From positions 1-45,425 of the forward strand of contig JASGGF010000001.1 of assembly GCA_047605145.1 (NCBI GenBank): DNA of 45,425 nucleotides, written 5' to 3'. Origin of the DNA: Thermomicrobiales bacterium. GTDB taxonomy: Bacteria; Chloroflexota; Chloroflexia; Thermomicrobiales; UBA6265. Position numbers and translations under genes: made by a program. Under the pieces are notes generated by a model, which was not told the DNA's origin, did not search any database, and saw only the letters and a program-made list of their open reading frames with translations. Below, piece by piece: positions 17,728 to 26,399 of this stretch (position 1 is the stretch's first letter; the number at the start of each line of letters is the position of its first letter).

Positions 17728-19908
17728 CTACTCGCCGTTGGTGACCTGATACGCGGTGTCTCCGACAACCACGATCACCTGTTGCCCGAGCGCAAACGCG
17801 CTCGCCAACTCCGGGTTTGCGGCCAGCAGGTCAAAGTAGGCGTCGCTGGCGAACTCCACCTTCTCCAGCGTCATTGCCTCGATATCGTAGCGGGTATCGG
17901 TCCACACGTCGTCGCGGAGCACAAAGGCGTGGCTGCCGGCGTACCGCAGCACCTCGGCGACCTGCACTTCCTCACCGGACGACGAGTCGAAGATGGCGGT
18001 CGGCGCGGGGGCGGAACGGTCGGCATCCGCCAGCGCCTGCACCTCTTGCGCCTGATCGACGGCGGCGGACCCCACGGACGGCGCGGCGGAGATGCCGGCG
18101 CCGGCGGCATCGGCGGCGCGGCCACGCGCGGCTTCGGAGTGGATGTCATCCTCGGTGACCAGGTAGGAGGTGTAGGGCGTGACGATGCCGTACTCCAGAC
18201 TCAGGTCGATGATGGCGTCCACCAGCTCCGGATTTTCGCCGTTCAGCCGGATCTGATTGATGAGGTAGCCGATCTTGCGCGTGGCCCAGAGGCGGGGCAG
18301 GAAGTCGCTGCCGCCGCTGGCGGCGAAAGTCGCCGGGTAGCTGAACGTGGTCTCCTTGCCGTTGACCTGCCCACTGAGCGTGATTTCGGCCTTTCCACCC
18401 TCGCGGTACGTGCCCAGCGCCACCAGCTGCGACCCGGCGAAGAGGTCAGGCAGCGGCGCGGGGTAGATGTCCTCGGTGGTGACGCCGTCCACAGTCAGGG
18501 AGACATCGGCCAGCACTGGCGCGGTAATGCCGGCGTAGAAGCTGGAGACGGCCTCGTTCAGCGCCTGACCGGGACGCACGTAGGTGGTGCGGCCGTGCTG
18601 CTCGGAGGAAAGCGAATCGAGCAGGATCGTATCGACGTCGTCTCCCACGCCGAAAGCGAAGAGGCGAACGTTCGCGGGCGCGGCGGACTGGATGTTGCTG
18701 ATGATGCGGCTGGTGTCCTGCTCGCCCTCGGTGGCAACGCCGTCCGTCAGGAAGAGCACCATGGTTGGCCGGCCCGGCTCCACCATGTCGAGGGCGTTCA
18801 GCAGCGCGAGGTTGATGTCGGTGCCGCCAGTGGCTTCGAGGCGCTCCACCCACGGCACGGCGTCCGGGGCGTCGGCGGCGGGCAACAGCGAGCGGTCGTA
18901 CTCGCGGGCGCCGGTGCTGAACTCGACGATGTTGAAGCGGTCCTCCGGGTTGAGGTGATCGAGCACGTAGAGGAGCGCTTCGCGCGCCTGCTCGATCTTC
19001 TCGCCCTCCATGCTGCCAGAGGTGTCCAGCACGACGACGACGTCCTTGGCGACGATTTCGGTGTCCTGCGTGATGCCGGGGGCGGCCAGCATCAGGAAGT
19101 AGCCCTGATCGGTGGCGGGGTCGAAGTAACTGACCACGTTCGCGCCGACGGTGTCTGGCGAAACGCTCCAGAAGAGTTCGAAGTCCTGATCGGGGCGGAC
19201 GCCGCTCTCCTCGTAGCCCGCGACGAAGTGGTTGTCGTCCTGCCGGTCAACCGCGATGTCGTGCGACGGCGAGTAGACCGCGCGAAGCGGGTCGCTGGAA
19301 TCGACACTGACGCGAACGCTGACGTTGTCCAGCGCGGTTGTGGTGAACGCCTGCGCGTTGAGCGGGTAACGGTAGTGGTTCAGGCCGTTCTCGGCGGGGA
19401 GGATCTGGCTGTAGGCCAACTCGATCTCGCGGTCCTCGCCGGCCGGGATGGGGAACACGCTGGCCTGAATGGCGCCGGAGCCGACGTACTCCAGCAGCGC
19501 GGGATCGCGCAGATTGCGCACGATCTCGTCGTATATGGAGCGCGCCTCATCCGCATTGAGCAGCTTCGCGGAGATGGGCTCGCCATCGACGGTCATGCTG
19601 AACTCGGAAACCGCGGCGTCTGCCGGCACGGGGAAGATGTACGTGCCTTCGGCCACCCAGTCGTGCGGGTTGTGGAAAACCTGCTTCACGTGGGTGGTGG
19701 CGACCTGATCGGCAATCTCCACATCGACGCGGTGAGAGCGGATCTCCACCTGATCCGCGATCAGGACCGGCTCCGTGCACGGGGCGTCGCAGATGGGCGG
19801 GTCAGTGATGACCACGCCCTGCGCCCGCGCGGTGAGCGAGAGGGTGGGGGTGACGAGGATCGCCACAGCGAGGAGGAAAGTCAGGAAGGGGAACGGTCTG
19901 CGAAGCAT
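17728..19908 (-). CDS. secreted VIT domain + von Willebrand factor type A domain protein
   Basis: Signal peptide MLRRPFPFLTFLLAVAILVTPTLSLTARAQ. VIT-like region (HRVDVEIADQVATTHVKQVFHNP...EFSMTVDGEPI). vWA MIDAS motif VVVVLDTSGSMEG. Track ORF 17728..20409 trimmed to ATG 19908. Confidence 0.85.
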   Translation of the reverse strand: MLRRPFPFLTFLLAVAILVTPTLSLTARAQGVVITDPPICDAPCTEPVLIADQVEIRSHRVDVEIADQVATTHVKQVFHNPHDWVAEGTYIFPVPADAAVSEFSMTVDGEPISAKLLNADEARSIYDEIVRNLRDPALLEYVGSGAIQASVFPIPAGEDREIELAYSQILPAENGLNHYRYPLNAQAFTTTALDNVSVRVSVDSSDPLRAVYSPSHDIAVDRQDDNHFVAGYEESGVRPDQDFELFWSVSPDTVGANVVSYFDPATDQGYFLMLAAPGITQDTEIVAKDVVVVLDTSGSMEGEKIEQAREALLYVLDHLNPEDRFNIVEFSTGAREYDRSLLPAADAPDAVPWVERLEATGGTDINLALLNALDMVEPGRPTMVLFLTDGVATEGEQDTSRIISNIQSAAPANVRLFAFGVGDDVDTILLDSLSSEQHGRTTYVRPGQALNEAVSSFYAGITAPVLADVSLTVDGVTTEDIYPAPLPDLFAGSQLVALGTYREGGKAEITLSGQVNGKETTFSYPATFAASGGSDFLPRLWATRKIGYLINQIRLNGENPELVDAIIDLSLEYGIVTPYTSYLVTEDDIHSEAARGRAADAAGAGISAAPSVGSAAVDQAQEVQALADADRSAPAPTAIFDSSSGEEVQVAEVLRYAGSHAFVLRDDVWTDTRYDIEAMTLEKVEFASDAYFDLLAANPELASAFALGQQVIVVVGDTAYQVTNGE

Positions 19909-20039
19909 ATGCGCCTCCTGTGCCGGCCGCGCTCGCTGGCAGCCGCGTGCACAAAAGACGCGCCCAAACCGCGACGGGTTCCCTTGGCTACGTGCGGAAG
20001 CGGGGCTTCCTGCTGTGCATTCCGGCCGTTGACAGGCGA

Positions 20040-20068
20040 TTTCGCGGCCGATAGCCTCCCGGTAGAGA
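20040..20068 (+). promoter_or_regulatory. candidate sigma70-type promoter for the SBP/amine-oxidase cluster
   Basis: TTGACA (20040..20045), 17-nt spacer, TAGCCT (20063..20068). GGGAG lies 7 nt before ATG 20107. Confidence 0.4.
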
Positions 20069-20106
20069 CGATGAAGACGCCGCCAAAACCAGATAGGGAG
20101 CCTGCC

Positions 20107-21465
20107 ATGCCTGACTTCGGGATGCACACGCGTTGGGTGACCACCTCCGGACTGAACCGCCGCCAGTTGTTGCAGGCTGCCGCTGCCGCCGGGGTGCTGG
20201 CCGGGCTGGGCGGGACGAAGCCGGGCGCCGCGCAGGAGATGACCTACAGCCGCGACTACGACGGCACGACCCTGAACCTGCTGATGGAAGACATTCTGGA
20301 GACGCAGATCATCGAGGGGTTGCTGCCGGAGTTCACGGAGTTGACCGGGATCACCGTCAACTTCGAGAAGGTCGCCTACCCGGTGATGCACGAGAAGCTG
20401 GTGCCGCAACTGGCTGCGGGCGCCGGCAGCGGCTCCTACGACGCGCTGGAGGTGGACTTCTACTGGGTCTACGAGTTCGCGCGCTCGCAGTGGGTGGAAG
20501 ATCTGGGCCCGCGCATCGAAGCGGCGGGCGACCAGATGGACATGGCGAAGTACATCCCGGCGCTGCTCAAGATCGGCTCCGAGGTCGATGGCAAGACGTT
20601 TTACCTGCCGATGTTCCCGTACCCGATGGGCCTGATCTACCGGCAGGATCTACTGGACGACGCGGCGTTCAAGGCGGCCTACGAGGCGAAGGCGGGCGCT
20701 CCACTGGCGCTGCCCGACAGCGTTGAGACGTACGTGACGATGGCGGAGACCGTGTCGTCGCTCGATCAGGGCGTTTACGGCGCGGCGATGCAGGCGCAGC
20801 AGGTCGATCCCATCGTGATGGAGTTCTGTAACTTTCTGTATGGCCTCGGTGGCGCGTTCTACAACGCGGAGATGACCGAGCCAGTGATCAACGACGAGAC
20901 GGGGGTCAAGGCGGCGGAGCTGTACGCGCGCTGCGTGAACTCCGCGGCGCAGCCGGGCGCGGCGGGCGCGGACCTGAACGACACCATGGCGACCTACAGT
21001 CAGGGCAAGGCGTTCACCATGATCTCCTACATGTTCATGCTCTCGGTCTTCAACGACGACGACGCCTCGGTGGTGAAGGACAAGAACACCATCACCACGA
21101 TGCCGGGCGGCCACGGCCTGACCGGTATGTGGAGCTGGGGCATTCCCGTCAGCTCGCCGAACCCGGACGCGGCGTGGGAGTTCCTGAAGTGGGTGGAATC
21201 GCCGGAAGTGGCGATGACGCGGGCGCTGGCCGGCGCGGTGCCAGCGCAGGAAGCGCCGTACGCAAATCAGGAGTTCCTCGACAAGTACCCGTGGATGCCG
21301 CAGGCCAAGGACATGATCGCCTCGGGCGAGGGCTTGCCGGCAGTGACGAAGCAGGCGCAACTCGTGGAGATCATGGGCCGACATCTCAGCGACGTGGTCT
21401 CCGGCGCCAAGACGCCGCAGGAGGGGATGGACGGCGCGGCCGAGGAACTGAAGGAACTCCTGTAG
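20107..21465 (+). CDS. ABC transporter substrate-binding protein, family 1 (sugar/CUT1-type), Tat signal (SBP-1)
   Basis: In-frame ATG inside track ORF 17782..21465. Twin-arginine signal LNRRQLLQAAAAAGVLAG...AAQ. The overall SBP_bac_1-like sequence is paralogous to 24991..26334. Confidence 0.85.
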   Translation: MPDFGMHTRWVTTSGLNRRQLLQAAAAAGVLAGLGGTKPGAAQEMTYSRDYDGTTLNLLMEDILETQIIEGLLPEFTELTGITVNFEKVAYPVMHEKLVPQLAAGAGSGSYDALEVDFYWVYEFARSQWVEDLGPRIEAAGDQMDMAKYIPALLKIGSEVDGKTFYLPMFPYPMGLIYRQDLLDDAAFKAAYEAKAGAPLALPDSVETYVTMAETVSSLDQGVYGAAMQAQQVDPIVMEFCNFLYGLGGAFYNAEMTEPVINDETGVKAAELYARCVNSAAQPGAAGADLNDTMATYSQGKAFTMISYMFMLSVFNDDDASVVKDKNTITTMPGGHGLTGMWSWGIPVSSPNPDAAWEFLKWVESPEVAMTRALAGAVPAQEAPYANQEFLDKYPWMPQAKDMIASGEGLPAVTKQAQLVEIMGRHLSDVVSGAKTPQEGMDGAAEELKELL

Positions 21466-21474
21466 GCGGCGCGG

Positions 21475-21498
21475 CCCGCGCACGAGCGTGTGCGCGGG
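21475..21498 (+). other. intercistronic GC-rich hairpin after SBP-1
   Basis: Stem CCCGCGCAC / GTGCGCGGG (9 bp), 6-nt loop, beginning 10 nt after the stop codon, with no T-run. Confidence 0.5.
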
Positions 21499-21517
21499 AG
21501 ATCGTTCGCCGGGCCAC

Positions 21518-21546
21518 TTGCAATGGTCCATTGCGGGACGTACCGT
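21518..21546 (+). promoter_or_regulatory. candidate internal promoter with overlapping perfect palindrome (possible operator) upstream of the amine oxidase gene
   Basis: TTGCAA (21518..21523), 17-nt spacer, TACCGT (21541..21546). A 15-nt perfect palindrome GCAATGGTCCATTGC at 21520..21534 overlaps the -35 element and spacer. Confidence 0.4.
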
Positions 21547-21597
21547 AGCCGTGACGGCGGAATGTTCGTGATCCGGTCGTGAAAAGGAACAAAGTCC

Positions 21598-23559
21598 ATG
21601 GCTCAGGCAGTCGAGCGTATTGCTCACCCGTTGCAGATTCTCTCGACCGACGAGATTGCGGAGGCGCTCGCGATTCTGAAGGCGAACGCGCCGGGCGGCT
21701 GGGATGACCGGCGCTATCGTTTCGTCGAGGTCTCGCTGAAGGAGCCGGGCAAGGTCGCGCTGGCCGAGGCGGAGGCGGCCGGCCGCGCGGACGAGCTGCC
21801 GCGCGAGGCGCGTGTGGTGCTGATCGACCGGGGCGACCGCGCCACCATCGAGGCGTTCGTCTCGCTGAGCGAGGGCAGCATCCTGAGTTGGGACGTGGTG
21901 GCGGTGGGACAGGCCCCGTTCATCATGGAAGAGATTCTGGCCTGCGAGGAGACGATCCGGAAAGATCCCGAGTTTCAGGCCGCCATGGCCAAACGCGGCA
22001 TCACCGACATGGACCTCGTTTGGGTCGATCCGTGGCCGTTCGGCTTTTACGACGACGAGCCGGAGTACGCGAAGCACCGCCTGACGCGCGGGCTGGTCTG
22101 GGCGCGCGCCAACCCGGACGATGACAACGGCTACGCGCACCCCATTGAGAACGTGATCCTCACCTTCGACCTGAACACCGGCGAGATTCTGCGCCTGCAG
22201 GACTTTGGCGTGGTGCACGTGCCGCAGGAAGAGGGGAACTTCGGGCCGGACGACGTCGGAACGCTCCGCACCGACCTCAAGCCGCTGGAGATCATCCAGC
22301 CGGAAGGCCCGAGCTTCGAGGTCGATGGCTATCAGGTGAGCTGGCAGAACTGGCGCTTCCGCGTCGGGTTCACCCCGCGCGAAGGGCTGGTGCTGCATCA
22401 GGTGACGTGGGTCGAGGACGACGGCCGCGAGCGCCCGATCATGTACCGCGCCGGCATGGGCGACATGGTGGTGCCGTACGGCGACCCGAACCCGACGCAC
22501 GTGCGCAAGAACACGTACGACGGCGGCGAGCTGAACTTCGGCGCGCTGATCAACTCGCTGACGCTCGGCTGCGACTGCCTCGGCGAGATCTACTATTTCG
22601 ACGTGGCGCTGGCGGACGCCGACGGCAAGCCGTTCACGCTGCAGAACGCGATCTGCATGCACGAAGAGGACTACGGCGTGCTGTGGCGGCACACCAACTG
22701 GCGCAGCGGCCGCACGGACCTGCGCCGCTCTCGTCGTCTTGTCGTCTCGGTGTTCGCCACCATCGGCAACTACGACTACGGCATCTTCTGGTACTTCTAT
22801 CAGGACGGCACGATCCAGTGCGAGGTGAAGCTGACCGGCATCGTCTCCACCGGCGCGGTGGAGCCGGGCACGAAGCCGACGCACGGCACACTGCTGAACG
22901 CAGACGGCCTCTACGCGCCATTGCACCAGCACTTTTTCAGCTTCCGGCTCGATATGGACGTGGACGGCACGGTCAACAATATCTACGAAGAGCACGGCGA
23001 GTCCGAGATGGACGATTCGCTCTTCCCGCTGCAGTCCTCGTTCCGGACGGTGCGCACGCAGCTGAAGAGTGAGCTGGAAGCGCAGCAGCTGATCGACCCG
23101 CTGCGCGGACGCGTCTGGAAGGTCGTCAATCCGAACAGCCTGAACGCCGCAGGCGACCCGGTGGCGTACCGCCTGCTGCCGATGCACAACGTGGAGGCGA
23201 TGGCCCGCCCGACCTCGAACATCGCGCGGCGCGCCGGCTTCATGATGAAGCACTTCTGGGCCACGCCCTACCGCGACGACGAGAAGACCCCGGCGGGCGA
23301 TTTCCCGGCGCAGCACCCCGGCACCGGCCTGCCGGACTGGACGGCGGCGGACCGCTCGCTGGAAGACACCGACGTGGTCGTGTGGTACACGCTGGGCAGC
23401 CACCACTCGCCGCGCCCGGAGGACTGGCCGGTGATGCCGGTCGGTTACGCCAGCTTCATGCTGCAGCCGCACGGCTTCTTCAACGAGAACCCGGCGCTGA
23501 ACCAGCCGATCCCGAAAGCCCACGGGAACGGCAGCCACTGCTGCTCCAACTGCGACTAG
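21598..23559 (+). CDS. copper-containing primary amine oxidase (topaquinone enzyme), no signal peptide
   Basis: TPQ consensus TIGNYDYG (precursor Tyr codon 22771..22773). Copper His ligands LHQHFF and GSHHSPRPEDWPVMP. 653 aa, colinear with Arthrobacter-type phenylethylamine/histamine oxidases. Confidence 0.92.
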   Translation: MAQAVERIAHPLQILSTDEIAEALAILKANAPGGWDDRRYRFVEVSLKEPGKVALAEAEAAGRADELPREARVVLIDRGDRATIEAFVSLSEGSILSWDVVAVGQAPFIMEEILACEETIRKDPEFQAAMAKRGITDMDLVWVDPWPFGFYDDEPEYAKHRLTRGLVWARANPDDDNGYAHPIENVILTFDLNTGEILRLQDFGVVHVPQEEGNFGPDDVGTLRTDLKPLEIIQPEGPSFEVDGYQVSWQNWRFRVGFTPREGLVLHQVTWVEDDGRERPIMYRAGMGDMVVPYGDPNPTHVRKNTYDGGELNFGALINSLTLGCDCLGEIYYFDVALADADGKPFTLQNAICMHEEDYGVLWRHTNWRSGRTDLRRSRRLVVSVFATIGNYDYGIFWYFYQDGTIQCEVKLTGIVSTGAVEPGTKPTHGTLLNADGLYAPLHQHFFSFRLDMDVDGTVNNIYEEHGESEMDDSLFPLQSSFRTVRTQLKSELEAQQLIDPLRGRVWKVVNPNSLNAAGDPVAYRLLPMHNVEAMARPTSNIARRAGFMMKHFWATPYRDDEKTPAGDFPAQHPGTGLPDWTAADRSLEDTDVVVWYTLGSHHSPRPEDWPVMPVGYASFMLQPHGFFNENPALNQPIPKAHGNGSHCCSNCD

Positions 23560-23586
23560 CGGGTTCCGCGAAGTTGGCACGAAGAC

Positions 23587-23615
23587 GGGACCGGGGCCAA
23601 TGTTGCCCCGGTCCC
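23587..23615 (+). other. GC-rich hairpin after the amine oxidase gene
   Basis: Stem GGGACCGGGGC / GCCCCGGTCCC (11 bp), 7-nt loop, no T-run. Confidence 0.5.
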
Positions 23616-23657
23616 GGCGCGAAGCACGAATTCGCACATCAGAGGGATTGATCACGC

Positions 23658-24512
23658 GTGAGCATGAGCGCAAGCAGCGTGCAGATGGCCGGACCACGGC
23701 GGCGGTTCTCGCTGTCCATGGCGTTGACCCACGTGGTGCTTATCGCCGCCTGCCTGAGCATCGTGCTGCCGGTTCTGTGGACGGCGCGCACCTCGTTCGC
23801 CACCAAGCGGATCGCCTACGACCCCGGCACGCTGATCTTCTCCCCGACGCTCGATAACTACACCACGATCTTCCGCGATGACGCCTTCTTCAAGTACTTC
23901 TGGAACTCGCTGTGGATCGGGATCGCCTCGGCGCTGGTAAGCCTCGCCATTGGTTCGCTGGCGGCGTACTCCATCGCGCGGTTCCGCACCGGGGGCCAGG
24001 TGTTCAGCCTGTCCGTGCTGGGCACGCAGATGTTGCCGCCGGTCGCGCTGATCATCCCGTTCTACCTGCTGGCGCAGCGCTTCGGCCTGCTGGACAAGGG
24101 CTGGGCGCTGGCGCTGATCTTTCTGTCGTTCAACCTGCCGTTCGTCGTCTGGATCCTGATCGGGTTCTTTCAGGGCATCCCGCAGGAGCTGGAGGAAGCG
24201 GCGCTGGTCGATGGCAGCGGGCGGCTGGGGGCGTTCTGGCGGATCATCGTGCCGCTCTCACTGCCGGGGATGTTGGCGGCGGGAGTTTTCGCGTTCGTGC
24301 TCTCGTGGAACGAGTTCCTGTTCGCGCTGGTGCTGACCGGCCGCAACTCGAAGACGCTGCCGGTGGCGCTGGCGGGCCTGATGTCCTCGCAGGGCGACCA
24401 GATCGGCTCGATCTGCGCGGCCACGATGGCGATGATCGCGCCCATCGTGCTGCTGACGTGGGTGATCCAGAAGTACCTCGTCAGTGGGCTGACCTTCGGC
24501 GCGGTCAAGTGA
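23658..24512 (+). CDS. ABC transporter permease, MalG-like (CUT1)
   Basis: Six-TM pattern and EAA loop IPQELEEAALVDGSGRLGAFWRIIVPLSLPG. Confidence 0.88.
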   Translation: MSMSASSVQMAGPRRRFSLSMALTHVVLIAACLSIVLPVLWTARTSFATKRIAYDPGTLIFSPTLDNYTTIFRDDAFFKYFWNSLWIGIASALVSLAIGSLAAYSIARFRTGGQVFSLSVLGTQMLPPVALIIPFYLLAQRFGLLDKGWALALIFLSFNLPFVVWILIGFFQGIPQELEEAALVDGSGRLGAFWRIIVPLSLPGMLAAGVFAFVLSWNEFLFALVLTGRNSKTLPVALAGLMSSQGDQIGSICAATMAMIAPIVLLTWVIQKYLVSGLTFGAVK

Positions 24513-24898
24513 CGGCGCCCGGTGGGGTCGGCCTCGATCACTGCGTAATTCATGTCTCCGACTGGGAGCGCTCCAACGCGTTCTACCGCGATGTCATGGG
24601 CGCGGAGCTTGTAGCCCGGCCGCAGGGCTGGGTCTACCAGTTCGGATCGTTGCGGCTGAATGTGCACGGGCCGGGCGTCGATGCGCACCCGGTCGCCCGG
24701 ATTCCCGTGCCGCCCGGCGGGAGCGACCTGTGCTTCGTGTGGCCGGGCACGGTGGACGAGGCGCTGGCGCACCTCGTGGCGCAGGGAGTGGCCGTGGAAC
24801 TGGGGCCGGTTCCCCGCACTGGCGCACGCGGCGAGGGCGAGAGTGTCTATTTCCGCGACCCTGACGGGTCGCTGCTGGAGTTCATCACGTACCCCTGA
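24509..24898 (+). CDS. VOC (glyoxalase/bleomycin-resistance/dioxygenase) fold protein
   Basis: GTG 24509 overlaps the permease stop (GTGA). LDHCVIHVSDWERSNAFYRDVMG...SVYFRDPDGSLLEF is typical of the VOC superfamily. This is the C-terminal part of track ORF 23912..24898. Confidence 0.8.
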   Translation: MTAPGGVGLDHCVIHVSDWERSNAFYRDVMGAELVARPQGWVYQFGSLRLNVHGPGVDAHPVARIPVPPGGSDLCFVWPGTVDEALAHLVAQGVAVELGPVPRTGARGEGESVYFRDPDGSLLEFITYP

Positions 24899-24990
24899 GA
24901 ACAATCCGCGCAGCGGTGCGAGAATGCACGAACGATTGCGAGTTGCGCACTGGTCAGTGGTGTGGCGCGGAGCGCCAGAAGGGAGTTCCG

Positions 24991-26334
24991 ATGTCGGCGA
25001 ACTTTCGGAGTCTGAACCGGCGGCGGTTGCTGCAAGCGGCGGCCGCGAGCGGCCTCGTGCTGGGCGGAGCGCCGCAATTGCGGCGGCCGGTGCTGGCGCA
25101 GGACGAGATCACCTTCTCCCGTGACTACGACGGCGTGACCCTGAATCTGCTCATGGAGGATCTGCTGGAGACGCAGATCATCGAGGACATGCTGCCTGAG
25201 TTCAAGGAGCTGACGGGCATTACCGTCAACTTCGAGAAGGTCGCGTACGGCGTGATGCACGAGAAGCTCGTGCCGCAGCTGGCGGCGGGGCCGGGCAACG
25301 GCACCTACGACGTGCTCGAAGTCGATTTCTACTGGGTCTACGAGTTCGCGCGGTCGCAGTGGGTGGAGGCGCTGGACGAGCGCATCGCCAACAGCGGCGG
25401 GGCCATCGAGCTGGATCGCTACATCCCGGCGACGCTGGACATCGTGGGCCGCGCGGACGGCAAGGTCTACTATGTGCCGTTCTACGCCTACCCGATGGGC
25501 CTGATCTACCGCGAGGATCTGGCGAACGACGACGCTTTCAAGGCGGACTTCAAGGCGGCGTCCGGAATGGACTTCGCGATGCCGGACAGCGTCGAGAGCT
25601 ACGTGGAACTGGCGAAGGCCATCACCGCGTGGAAGGGCGACGAGCTGTACGGCACGGCGATGACCGGCCAGCAGGTTGACCCGATCACCATGGAGTTCTG
25701 CAACTACCTGTACAGCTGTGGCGGTGACTTTTACACCGCCGATATGAGCGCGCCGGCCATCAACGACGAGAACGGCGTCAAGGCCGCATCGCTCTACGTG
25801 GACGCCATCAACAACGCGGCGCAGGCCGGCGCGGCCAGCGCAAACTATGACGACTCCATCGCGGTGTACTCCGCTGGCAACGCCTTCAGCTCGGTCAGCT
25901 TCATGTGGATGCTGGCCGTGGTCGATGGCGACGAAGAAGCGGCGGCGGCGGGCAAGAACTCCAGCACGATCATGCCGGGCGGCACGGGCCTGAGCGGCGC
26001 GTGGGGCTGGGGCATCCCCATGAGTTCGCCGAACCCGGACGCCGGGTGGGAGTTCGTCCGCTGGGTCGAGTCCCCGGATGTCGCGATGCGGCGGGCGCTG
26101 GCCGGCAGCTTGCCGACGCAGCAGGCGCCCTACGAGAACAAGGAAATCCTCGAGAAGTACCCGTGGCTGCCGCAGGCCGGCGACATGATCACCAGTGGCA
26201 AGGGGTTGCCGGCGATCACGAAGCAGACGCAACTGGTGGAGATCACCGGCCGCCGGCTGGCGGAGGCCGTGGCCGGCAAGCCGGTGCAGGAGGCGATGGA
26301 CGCCGCCGCGCAGGAGCTGGCCGAGCTGTTGTAA
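24991..26334 (+). CDS. ABC transporter substrate-binding protein, family 1, Tat signal (SBP-2, paralog of SBP-1)
   Basis: ATG 24991 with GGGAG upstream. Signal LNRRRLLQAAAASGLVLG...LAQ. Colinear with SBP-1 over its full length. Confidence 0.85.
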   Translation: MSANFRSLNRRRLLQAAAASGLVLGGAPQLRRPVLAQDEITFSRDYDGVTLNLLMEDLLETQIIEDMLPEFKELTGITVNFEKVAYGVMHEKLVPQLAAGPGNGTYDVLEVDFYWVYEFARSQWVEALDERIANSGGAIELDRYIPATLDIVGRADGKVYYVPFYAYPMGLIYREDLANDDAFKADFKAASGMDFAMPDSVESYVELAKAITAWKGDELYGTAMTGQQVDPITMEFCNYLYSCGGDFYTADMSAPAINDENGVKAASLYVDAINNAAQAGAASANYDDSIAVYSAGNAFSSVSFMWMLAVVDGDEEAAAAGKNSSTIMPGGTGLSGAWGWGIPMSSPNPDAGWEFVRWVESPDVAMRRALAGSLPTQQAPYENKEILEKYPWLPQAGDMITSGKGLPAITKQTQLVEITGRRLAEAVAGKPVQEAMDAAAQELAELL

Positions 26335-26350
26335 CCGTTGTCGCATGACT

Positions 26351-26381
26351 GGCGCGGGCTTCTGAACATGGAGCCCGCGCC
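26351..26381 (+). other. intercistronic GC-rich hairpin after SBP-2
   Basis: Stem GGCGCGGGCT / AGCCCGCGCC (10 bp), 11-nt loop, no T-run. Confidence 0.5.
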
Positions 26382-26399
26382 CGTGCGTGGAGCGAACGC

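Noticed and set aside
17782-20106. N-terminal ~775 codons of the 1227-aa plus-strand ORF 17782..21465
   Set aside because: This part is antisense to the VIT-vWA gene and has no recognisable domain. The real gene (SBP-1) begins at the in-frame ATG 20107, with its own SD and Tat signal.
20650-23697. 1015-aa ORF on the minus strand, the longest in the track, spanning the SBP-1 3' end and the whole amine oxidase gene
   Set aside because: It lies antisense to two genes with unmistakable family motifs. Its translation is Arg/His/Val/Ala/Asp-rich low-complexity sequence with no motif. This is the typical stop-depleted shadow frame of high-GC DNA.
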